From the NCBI GenBank assembly GCA_964533575.1, contig CAZHMG010000005.1, positions 1,336 to 65,335 of the forward strand: a stretch of 64,000 nucleotides of DNA, read 5' to 3'. This document shows positions 9,544-17,650 of this stretch, one piece after another. The stretch comes from an uncultured Thermoleophilia bacterium (lineage in GTDB: Bacteria > Actinomycetota > Thermoleophilia > UBA2241). The position numbers and the translations under genes are program-made. Under the pieces are notes generated by a model. That model made no database searches and was not told the origin of the DNA. It worked only from the letters and a program-made list of their open reading frames with translations. Each line of letters begins with the position of its first letter. The stretch's first letter is position 1.

Positions 9544-11007
9544 ATGAAGATTCGCCTCATCGAGCCAGATGCCCCCAGCATGCATCTCTGGTCTCAGTCC
9601 AATTTCGTGCGGCTGGGCCTGCCCATGATCGGCGCCGCGCTCAAGGCTCACGGGCACGACGTGCTCATCTACCACCCACATCTGGCCCCGATCGACTGGG
9701 ACGATGTGCATTCTGCTGATCTTGTCGGTCTTTCGAGCACGACGTCGACGACGCCGGCCTCTTATGCCATCGCGGACGATCTGCGGTGGCGCGGTATCCC
9801 CGTCATCCACGGCGGCTCGCACGTCACATTTCTGCCGGAGGAAGCCCTGGAGCACGCCACCTATGTGGCCCGCGGCGAGGGCGGCGAGCAGGTCATGCTG
9901 GAGCTCATCGAGGCTCTCGAGGGCAAGCGGGAGCTCGATTCGGTCACGGGGCTGTCGTTCCTGCGCGACGGCATGCCGGTTCACAACCCGCTGCACGAGC
10001 GGTGCCCCGATCTGGATACGCTGCCGTTCCCGGATCTCACGCTCATCAAAGGGTACGAGAAGCTCTCCAACACGCCGATCATGACAAGCTGGGGCTGTCC
10101 CTTCGCCTGCACCTTCTGCTCGGTCACCGCCATGTTCGGCCGCAAGTACCGGTTCCGCAGCGCGGAGAGCGTCGTCGCCGAGATCAAAGAGAAGAGCCCC
10201 AAGCGCATCTTCTTCTATGACGACAACTTCGCGGCCAACAAGCGACGGCTTAAGCGGCTTCTGCAGATGATGATCGACGAAGGGCTGACCATGCCGTGGG
10301 GCGCGCAGGTCCGAACCGACGTGGCGCGCGACCCCGAGCTCCTCGACCTCATGCGGCGTTCCGGGTGTGAGTTCGTCGCTCTGGGGCTCGAATCCGTGAA
10401 CCAGGAGACTCTGGATCACTTCGAAAAGTCGCAGACGGTCGACGATATAGAGCGATCGATAGCCATCCTGCATCAGTACGGCATCCGCAGCCACGGCATG
10501 TTCGTGCTCGGAGGCGAGCACGACATGCCCCACGTGGTGCGCGATACCGTCACATTCGCGCTCAAGAACCAGATCGACACGGTCATGCTCAACATCCTCA
10601 CGCCGCTGCCGGGAACGCAGCAGTTCGCCGAGTTGGAGGCGGAGGATCGTTTGATCACAAAGGATTGGCAGTACTACGACGCCCAGCACGTCGTTTTCAG
10701 GCCGCGTCAGATGTCTCCACGCCATCTCCTGAGAGAGACCCTGCGGGGCAATCGCCGCTTCTACAGCACCCGGCGAGCAGTCAGGACCATCGTCACGTTC
10801 CTCCAGCGGCGTGACAAATGGAGTTGGGACCGCATGCTTGAGAGTTGCTGGCTCTGGTGGTACGGGCACACGTGGCACAAGGATGCCCGCAACCGCGCAC
10901 ACGAGCGCATGCTGGGGAAGCTTCGACGGCGGGGCAGGGTGGACGTGATCTCCATACCTCCAGCCGCCGTATCCGAGGCGCGAGAGGCGGACGGCGCGCG
11001 AGTCTGA
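9544..11007 (+). CDS. B12-binding domain radical SAM protein (DUF4070-type C-terminus)
   Basis: An N-terminal cobalamin-binding Rossmann-like region (MKIRLIEPDAP...LGLPMIGAALKAHGHDV) is followed by the radical SAM cluster motif CPFACTFC and then a Trp/Arg-rich C-terminal extension. Confidence 0.8.
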   Translation: MKIRLIEPDAPSMHLWSQSNFVRLGLPMIGAALKAHGHDVLIYHPHLAPIDWDDVHSADLVGLSSTTSTTPASYAIADDLRWRGIPVIHGGSHVTFLPEEALEHATYVARGEGGEQVMLELIEALEGKRELDSVTGLSFLRDGMPVHNPLHERCPDLDTLPFPDLTLIKGYEKLSNTPIMTSWGCPFACTFCSVTAMFGRKYRFRSAESVVAEIKEKSPKRIFFYDDNFAANKRRLKRLLQMMIDEGLTMPWGAQVRTDVARDPELLDLMRRSGCEFVALGLESVNQETLDHFEKSQTVDDIERSIAILHQYGIRSHGMFVLGGEHDMPHVVRDTVTFALKNQIDTVMLNILTPLPGTQQFAELEAEDRLITKDWQYYDAQHVVFRPRQMSPRHLLRETLRGNRRFYSTRRAVRTIVTFLQRRDKWSWDRMLESCWLWWYGHTWHKDARNRAHERMLGKLRRRGRVDVISIPPAAVSEAREADGARV

Positions 11008-11126
11008 GCGCCTCCGGCGCACCCGACCACGGGTTCCGCTGTGCGTGCTTTGGGCGTGCGCCGGGAATGTCTCCCCAGCAATAGCGTCGGGACGGCGCGA
11101 GTCAACAGCCGTACGAGGAGGTGCTC

Positions 11127-11597
11127 ATGGATACAGCCACCTTTGCAGCAGGCTGCTTCTGGGGCGTAGAGGCTGGTTTCGCCCGGCTGCAGGGCGTCAG
11201 ATCCACCGAAGTCGGCTACATCGGCGGCTCCACGGCGAAGCCGACGTACCGTCAGGTCTGTACGGGCATGACCGGTCATGCCGAAGCTGTGCGCATGGAG
11301 TTTGATCCGGAGGTCATTTCGTATGAGGAGCTGCTGACCGCATTCTTCGCGCTTCATGATCCGACGCAGCGCAATCGTCAGGGGCCGGACGTGGGATCGC
11401 AGTACCGCTCGGCGGTCTTCTTCCACACCCCGGAGCAGGAAGCCGCCGCGATCGCCGCCATCCGGGCACTCGACGCCCGGGGCGTGTTCAAGCGGCCGAT
11501 CGCGACGCAGGTCGTCCCCGTTGGCGACTGGTGGCGTGCCGAGGAGTACCACCAGAAGTACTTCGCGAAGCAGGGCAGGGCGGGGTGCTCGCTATAG
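11127..11597 (+). CDS. msrA: peptide-methionine (S)-S-oxide reductase
   Basis: The catalytic motif GCFWGVE (ATFAAGCFWGVEAGF) is present and homology runs over the full length. Confidence 0.9.
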   Translation: MDTATFAAGCFWGVEAGFARLQGVRSTEVGYIGGSTAKPTYRQVCTGMTGHAEAVRMEFDPEVISYEELLTAFFALHDPTQRNRQGPDVGSQYRSAVFFHTPEQEAAAIAAIRALDARGVFKRPIATQVVPVGDWWRAEEYHQKYFAKQGRAGCSL

Positions 11598-11616
11598 AGC
11601 AGCGGCTCAACCCCCG

Positions 11617-12180
11617 CTAGGCCGTCAGGTGTTCGAAGAGAATGCGCATGCCTATGACGATCAGGATCACGCCGCCAACGATCTCCATCCGGCGTCCCAG
11701 AAGCGCCCCGAACCGCCGGCCCAAGTGTAGTCCGGCGGCGGTTAACGTTCCCGCCACGAGGCCGATAACCACAGCCGGATACCAGATCGCCACGCCGAGG
11801 AGGGCGAGCGACAGTCCTACGGCGAGGGCATCGATGCTCGTCGCGATCGAGAGCAGGATGAGCGACCAGCCCTTCGTCGGGTCGGGACGCTCGCGCTCCT
11901 CTTCGCCGGGGCGCAGCGCCTCGTAAATCATCTTGCCTCCGATGACGGCCAGAAGGCCGAAGGCGATCCAGTGATCGACCGGCGCGATCCAGTCAGCGAC
12001 CGTCAGGCCGGCCAACCAGCCGATCACCGGCATGAACGCCTGGAACAGGCCGAAGTGCCAGGCGAGGCGAAAGGTCTGTCTGGCGCTGACCGTCCCTAGC
12101 GTGAGTCCCGCAGCGATGGCCACCGCGAACGCGTCCATTGCCAGCCCGATTGCGATGCCGATGAGTGTGAGGAGGGCCAT
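11617..12180 (-). CDS. mntP: manganese efflux pump MntP (DUF204)
   Basis: There are two repeated halves with MDAFAVAIAAGL / IDALAVGLSLALL motifs and 6 TM helices. The start was chosen at MALLTLIG; the ORF could extend to 12252. Confidence 0.75.
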   Translation of the reverse strand: MALLTLIGIAIGLAMDAFAVAIAAGLTLGTVSARQTFRLAWHFGLFQAFMPVIGWLAGLTVADWIAPVDHWIAFGLLAVIGGKMIYEALRPGEEERERPDPTKGWSLILLSIATSIDALAVGLSLALLGVAIWYPAVVIGLVAGTLTAAGLHLGRRFGALLGRRMEIVGGVILIVIGMRILFEHLTA

Positions 12181-12512
12181 GACGCGCCGCAGCTTATCAG
12201 CCTCGCCTGCGAGCCGCCGCTCAGACTCTCCGCGCTGCTGCCGATACTTCAACGGAGTGAGCGCGGGACACCAGGAGGACGTCGTATGGATGAACCAGGC
12301 TGCAGCAACTGCCAGTATGGACGCGAGGAATCACGTGGCTCCGTCTTTGCCCGGGATCGGGGCTCCGGCTGGGGAACCTGTCGCAGGCATGCACCCTCAG
12401 TCGTCGTCGTTCCGTCGCCGGACAGGGCGGCCTTCTCACAGGCTGCGTTCCCGCGCATCCGTGAGGACGACTGGTGCGGCGAGTATCAAGGCAGACGTAA
12501 CCGGCTCTATGG

Positions 12513-13943
12513 TTACGTTGGACCAGACTGACCTGCGTCGTTCAGCTCGCGCCAGAGGGCGGCGACGTGCTCTCGGCGCGTCGCTTGAGCCCCGATGGAG
12601 ACGCGAATCATCTGCGTTCCCTTGAGGAGCGCCGGTGTCACGTACTGCCCTCCGGCCTTGTTGACCCGGTCGGCGAGCGCCAGATTGTGGGTCCGCAAAG
12701 CCTCCTCGCCGCCGCTCTTCAGGTGGGGCGGCACGTGTCGCACGCAGACTGTCTGAAAGGGCGCGGGCGCCAACCTTTCCCATTCGGGCGCTGCATCGAC
12801 CTGGCGCCGGAACCAGTCGGCATTGGCAACGTCTCGGCGGATGCGGTCCTGCAGCCCCTCGACACCATACTCGCGGACCAGGAACCAGAGCTTCAGCGCG
12901 CGAAAACGGCGCCCCAGGGGGATGCCCCAGTCCCGGAGGTTCCGCACCCTGCCATCCTGCGCCGTCTGCAGATAACTGGGATTCGTGCTCATGACTCGAA
13001 CCAGATGCTCCGGGTCACGGACGAAGTAGGCGGAGAGATCGAACCCCGCGCCCAGCCACTTGTGCGGATTGAGCACAAGTGAGTCCGCCAGTTCCACCCC
13101 TTCCCATGCCCAGCGGAACTCGGGGCAGATCATCGCGCTGCCCACCATGGCGGCATCGACATGGAGCCAGAGTCCATAGCGCGAGGCCATCGCGGCCATC
13201 CCCGGCAGAGGATCGATCGCCGTCGTGGCCGTCGTTCCCACGGCAGCGACGATTGCACATGGGCGGCGTCCGGCGGCGATATCATCGCGTACCGCCTCCT
13301 CCAATAGATCGAGACGCAACGCATGCGCATCGTCAGTCGCGATGAGACGCAGGTTGTGGGCGCCGAACCCCGCCAGAAGGACGGATTTGGGAATGGAGCT
13401 GTGCGCTTGATCTGACGCGTAGACGACCAGCGCCTCGTTCACCGCCTGCAGTCCCTGGCGGTTCTGGCTGAACTCCGTCGTGCGTTCGCGGGCGCAGAGA
13501 AGCGCGCAGAGGGTGGCAGTGCTGGCCGTGTCCTGGATGACACCGTGAAAGGCCGTCGACAGCCCCAGCATCTGGCGGAGCCAGTCCATGACGACGTCCT
13601 CGACCTCGGTTGCGGCAGGACTCGTCTGCCAGCTCATGCCTTGGGCCCCCAGACCCGCCGCCACCAGATCGGCGAGGACCGACGTCAGGTCGGTGTTCGA
13701 GGGAAAGTACGCGAACCAGCCGGGATGGTTCCAATGGCTGATGCCGGGAAGGACGATTTGACGCAGATCGCTCACGATGTCGTTCAACCCTTCGGCATGC
13801 GCGGGCGGTGACGCGGGAAACGCTCCCGCCACGTCGCCGGGTTGCACTCTGCTCATGACAGGATAGTGGTCGACGTGCTCGCGATACTCGGCAACCCAAT
13901 CGACCAACTCGTGGCCGAGACGGCGAAACTCGGCAGGGTCCAT
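12513..13943 (-). CDS. PLP-dependent group II decarboxylase (aromatic-L-amino-acid/tyrosine decarboxylase family)
   Basis: The PLP-lysine motif NPHKWLGAGFDLSAYFVRD is present. WNHPGWFAYFPSNTDLTSVLADL is typical of the DDC/TyrDC family. Confidence 0.8.
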   Translation of the reverse strand: MDPAEFRRLGHELVDWVAEYREHVDHYPVMSRVQPGDVAGAFPASPPAHAEGLNDIVSDLRQIVLPGISHWNHPGWFAYFPSNTDLTSVLADLVAAGLGAQGMSWQTSPAATEVEDVVMDWLRQMLGLSTAFHGVIQDTASTATLCALLCARERTTEFSQNRQGLQAVNEALVVYASDQAHSSIPKSVLLAGFGAHNLRLIATDDAHALRLDLLEEAVRDDIAAGRRPCAIVAAVGTTATTAIDPLPGMAAMASRYGLWLHVDAAMVGSAMICPEFRWAWEGVELADSLVLNPHKWLGAGFDLSAYFVRDPEHLVRVMSTNPSYLQTAQDGRVRNLRDWGIPLGRRFRALKLWFLVREYGVEGLQDRIRRDVANADWFRRQVDAAPEWERLAPAPFQTVCVRHVPPHLKSGGEEALRTHNLALADRVNKAGGQYVTPALLKGTQMIRVSIGAQATRREHVAALWRELNDAGQSGPT

Positions 13944-14067
13944 GCGTTCTCTCTCCTCGCGGTAGCGTTCGGCAACCGGCGGTCAGCATAGCCCAAGCGA
14001 TGCCCATCCGCCTTAGCTGGGATAGGATGCCCTCGATTCCATGCAGGCCGGCGGCCAGGAGGTCCCC

Positions 14068-15189
14068 ATGCACATCCAGCCCTTCGCGGTCGAACAGTGG
14101 ATGAACGCGCACGAAACGTCGGCGCGCTGGAACATCGCCGAGACGTGTGTGGACTCCCTTCGCCTGGACGAGCTTCTGGCCCTCGCCGGCGACGGCCATG
14201 TCCTGCCGGCGCTTCTCGCAACCCGGCTGGATTACGGCGACATCACCGGCTCGGTGCCGCTCCGCACCGCCATCGCCGGCCTTTACGGCCCCTCCATCAC
14301 GCCGGATCAGGTCCTGGTCACGAACGGCGCGATAGGGGCGAATCATCTCCTGCACCAGACGTTGGTCGAGCGGGGGGACACGGTGATCTGCGTCAAGCCG
14401 ACATACCAGCAGCTGTATTCTGTGCCGAATGCGCTGGGGGCGCAGGTGCGTACGCTCGATCTGCGTTCCCGGAACGGCTACCTGCCGGATCTCGACGAGC
14501 TGGAGTCGCTCGTTGACGAGCGGACGAGCCTCATCGTCCTCAACAATCCCAACAACCCGACCGGCTCGCTCATGAGCGAAGGAATGTTGACCGACATCGT
14601 GACGATCGCGCGGGCCCGGGATGCCGTCATCCATTGCGATGAGGTCTATCGGGGCCTCGAACACGAGCCTGGGACGCAGGCGCCGTCGATCGCCGACCTC
14701 TACGAGAGAGGTGTGAGTACTGGCAGCCTGTCGAAGACATACTCACTGGCCGGCCTGCGTACAGGGTGGATCGCAGGCCCCCATGAGATCGTCGCGCGCT
14801 GCCTCGAGTGGCGCGACTACACGACCATCAGCTGTGGCGTCCTGGATGACGCCCTCGCGGCCGCTGCGCTCGGCAGCGGCGCCGTGCTCGATAGGGCGCT
14901 CACCATTGTCCGGCGCAATATCGAAATCGTCGATGAGTGGCTCTCGAGCGAACCACACCTGTCGCATCTGAGGCCGCGCGCGGGCACGACGACGCTGATC
15001 CGCTATGAGTACCCGATTGATTCCGAGGCCTTCTGCTCGGCCTTGTTCGCCTGCAACGGCGCCTTCGTCGTCCCCGGATCGGCGTTTGACGAAGAGGCGT
15101 CGTTCCGCCTTGGCTATGCGTGCGCCGCCGACGTGCTGCAGGGCGGTCTCGCGGCCGTGTCGCAGTTCCTGCGTACCCTCGAGGCTTGA
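14068..15189 (+). CDS. PLP-dependent aminotransferase class I/II
   Basis: LSKTYSLAGLRTGW (PLP lysine region) and NNPNNPTG are present. It is divergent from the decarboxylase gene across a 124-bp intergenic region. Confidence 0.75.
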   Translation: MHIQPFAVEQWMNAHETSARWNIAETCVDSLRLDELLALAGDGHVLPALLATRLDYGDITGSVPLRTAIAGLYGPSITPDQVLVTNGAIGANHLLHQTLVERGDTVICVKPTYQQLYSVPNALGAQVRTLDLRSRNGYLPDLDELESLVDERTSLIVLNNPNNPTGSLMSEGMLTDIVTIARARDAVIHCDEVYRGLEHEPGTQAPSIADLYERGVSTGSLSKTYSLAGLRTGWIAGPHEIVARCLEWRDYTTISCGVLDDALAAAALGSGAVLDRALTIVRRNIEIVDEWLSSEPHLSHLRPRAGTTTLIRYEYPIDSEAFCSALFACNGAFVVPGSAFDEEASFRLGYACAADVLQGGLAAVSQFLRTLEA

Positions 15190-15198
15190 CCGCCGCTG

Positions 15199-16674
15199 CT
15201 AGCCCAGGAAGCGGCGCAAGCTCGCGGCCCGGACGACGAGATCAGAGAGCCCGTCCTTCTGCTCGTCGCGCACGAGTCGGCTGATGGTGTGCACGACATC
15301 GACATGCTCGGCTTCGCCCCCTGCCGGCAGCCCCAGCCTTTCGACTGCCGCCCGCACCTCGGGGGGCATGTATGGGCTGTCCAGATCGGCGAAGCGCAGG
15401 GCGTCCCGCAGGTCCGCATCAAAGTGGCGGTACATGGATCGGAGGAACGCCATGTCTGTATCGCCGAGCGCCGAAAGACCCAGCAGTTCCGGCGGCACGC
15501 CCAGAGAGTACATGGCGGCTGTGAACGATATCGCCCGCGGGAGCTGCGCCGAGCCGACATTGCGTGAGTAGCCGAAAAGCCCTACATGAAGCTTCCGCTT
15601 CCGCCGGCTGGGAACCGAGCGCGCGATCGCGTTGATGCTCGGCGCGAGGATCTGCACTTGGCGCTGGTACTCGGCAGAGTAGCGATCGATCAGGTCGTGA
15701 CACCCGGCTTCGTCCATCTCGTGAGCACGGCGAGTCGCACGGTCCCGCAGGTACCGGACGGCATTCATCACGTCTGCTGGGGCGTTGTCGTACTTGAACG
15801 CCGACTGAACTGTGAAGGTCTCCACGCTGGGATACTCCTGGGCGACCCGGGCGACGTTCGCCGGAGAGAGGTTGCCGCGAAACGGCGCCGATCCCGCTCC
15901 GAGAATCGGATGAATCGCAATGCCGGTTCGGTCCTGCAGGCGCTCGAGGCGCCAGAGGGCGATCTTCGTCATCAGCACCGCGCTGACGATGCCGTAGTTC
16001 ATGGCGGGATCCGATCGCGCCAAGAAGACGCGCTGATCCGTCGTGCTCTTGCCGCCGAGGTAGGCCTCAGTGATGCGGTCCGCGGTGAGCAGGTGCGGCA
16101 GATCTTCGAACAGCGGAATCACGTTGATGGTGTCCGGTTTGAACTCGCCGATCCACTGGGCAATGGAGATATCGCCGGCAAAGAACGTCTGATTCTGCCG
16201 GGCGACGATGAAGTCGCGGTAGTAATGATAGACGCGATCGATGCACTTCTCTGAGGTCGTCATGGGGAGGATGACCTCGAAGATGGGCGGCAGGTCGTCG
16301 CCGAACACGTGTTTCGATGCGTCGAACGACCGGGGGATGCTCTCGAGTGTCTCTATCAGGATCTTGGCCTCGGCCCTCTCAACTGTCGGGTTCGGCACGC
16401 GCAGCGTGAGGAAGACGTCGCGACCGAGCCGCTGTTCGGTGAAGTACGGCTCGTGGCGGGTCAGCAGCTTCTTGACGACGAAGGAGTCGACCTCCTTGCC
16501 CTCGACGTCCCACATCTGTTCGTCGCATCCGAGATGTGAGAAGGCGTAGTACGCTTCTTGGACCTCGTCTTCGCCGCTCAGTTCTGGTCCGGAAGCGAAG
16601 AAGGGGACGTTGACGTTGTCCGGATGCTGCGTGCTCATGCAGCGGGGGATGGTGCGCGCTGCCTCTCTCGTCAT
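15199..16674 (-). CDS. archaeal-type phosphoenolpyruvate carboxylase (PepcA family)
   Basis: The hallmark N-terminus MSTQHPDNVNVPFF is present, and the size (about 490 aa) and overall composition match atPEPC rather than the 900-aa bacterial Ppc. The start is either MTREAA (16674) or MSTQHP (16638). Confidence 0.75.
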   Translation of the reverse strand: MTREAARTIPRCMSTQHPDNVNVPFFASGPELSGEDEVQEAYYAFSHLGCDEQMWDVEGKEVDSFVVKKLLTRHEPYFTEQRLGRDVFLTLRVPNPTVERAEAKILIETLESIPRSFDASKHVFGDDLPPIFEVILPMTTSEKCIDRVYHYYRDFIVARQNQTFFAGDISIAQWIGEFKPDTINVIPLFEDLPHLLTADRITEAYLGGKSTTDQRVFLARSDPAMNYGIVSAVLMTKIALWRLERLQDRTGIAIHPILGAGSAPFRGNLSPANVARVAQEYPSVETFTVQSAFKYDNAPADVMNAVRYLRDRATRRAHEMDEAGCHDLIDRYSAEYQRQVQILAPSINAIARSVPSRRKRKLHVGLFGYSRNVGSAQLPRAISFTAAMYSLGVPPELLGLSALGDTDMAFLRSMYRHFDADLRDALRFADLDSPYMPPEVRAAVERLGLPAGGEAEHVDVVHTISRLVRDEQKDGLSDLVVRAASLRRFLG

Positions 16675-16858
16675 CGTGGCCTCATTCCGGCTCGCCGTTC
16701 GGCACTGGTGGGTGGCGCAATAGTACCCGCGACGGCGCGCGGGCGTCACGTGCGCGTCCTGACAACGTCGGACTCGCCCTCAGCAGGGGGTAGCATCCTG
16801 CCATCCCAGCAAGACGCTGCTGAGCCCATCGGCAGAATTCGTCATTGAAAGGAGTCTC

Positions 16859-17545
16859 ATGGTGCCGCGTGTCGTTCTGCACGTTGAGGCGAGTCTCGAC
16901 GGGCGTATAGATATGATCCAGCCGGATGTCGGGCGGTTCTACAGACTGGCACGCGGTATCCACGAAGACGCCATCCTGACCGGGACCGACACGCTCCTGG
17001 AGGGGCCTGGTCTGCCGGCGGCGGACGACGACGTTGCGCCCAAACCGGAGGAGACCAGCGGATCCGGCCCGCTGCTCGCAGTCGTCGACGGCCGCGGCCG
17101 CTTCGACAAGTGGAACTGGCTACGGAAGCAGGCGTATTGGCGTGACGCCCTCGCGCTCGTCTGCGCCGCCACGCCGCAACCGGCCGTGGAGAGGCTGCGG
17201 GAACTCGGCGTGACAGTCGTGGCAGCCGGGGCCGGGAGAGTCGATCTGCGCACAGCACTGGAGGCGCTCAACGCGATGCATGGGGTGAAGACGGTACGAG
17301 TCGACAGCGGCGGCGCGCTGAGCGGAGCTCTCCTCCGCGCCGGCCTGCTGAGCGAGGTGAGCGTGCTGCTCGAGCCTGTGCTCGTGGGGGGTGTCTCTCC
17401 GCGAACGTTCCTGCGCGGACCGGATCCTCTCTCGCTCAACGACGTGCGTCACCTGCATCTCAGTGCAATGGAGCGCTTCGATGACGGGTTGATCTGGTTG
17501 CGCTACAGCGTTGAATCGCGTGGTCCCGTGCCCGATTCGGCGTGA
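16859..17545 (+). CDS. RibD C-terminal domain / dihydrofolate reductase-like reductase
   Basis: VVLHVEASLDGRID ... VRVDSGGALSGALLRAGLLSEVSVLLEPVLVGG matches the RibD_C fold pattern. Confidence 0.7.
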   Translation: MVPRVVLHVEASLDGRIDMIQPDVGRFYRLARGIHEDAILTGTDTLLEGPGLPAADDDVAPKPEETSGSGPLLAVVDGRGRFDKWNWLRKQAYWRDALALVCAATPQPAVERLRELGVTVVAAGAGRVDLRTALEALNAMHGVKTVRVDSGGALSGALLRAGLLSEVSVLLEPVLVGGVSPRTFLRGPDPLSLNDVRHLHLSAMERFDDGLIWLRYSVESRGPVPDSA

Positions 17546-17650
17546 CGGGAACTCTTCCCTCTTGTACACTAGAAGGTCCTAGGCCCGCCTATGGAGGCGG
17601 AGCTGTCGCCGATCATGGCTCGGCACAGCTGAATCAGTGGTCTCGACACA

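Noticed and set aside
9424-11022. 532-aa minus-strand ORF covering the B12-radical SAM gene
   Set aside because: It is an antisense shadow ORF. The plus-strand frame has the Cx3Cx2C and cobalamin-binding motifs, and the minus frame has no motifs.
12253-12512. Short plus-strand ORFs (for example 12286..12531) in the mntP leader
   Set aside because: They overlap the minus-strand 5' leader of mntP and have no RBS or family signature. They were treated as non-coding.
13333-14664. 443-aa minus-strand ORF spanning the decarboxylase/aminotransferase intergenic region
   Set aside because: It overlaps two well-supported PLP enzyme genes on opposite strands. It is Arg/Pro/Gly-rich with no domain signature.
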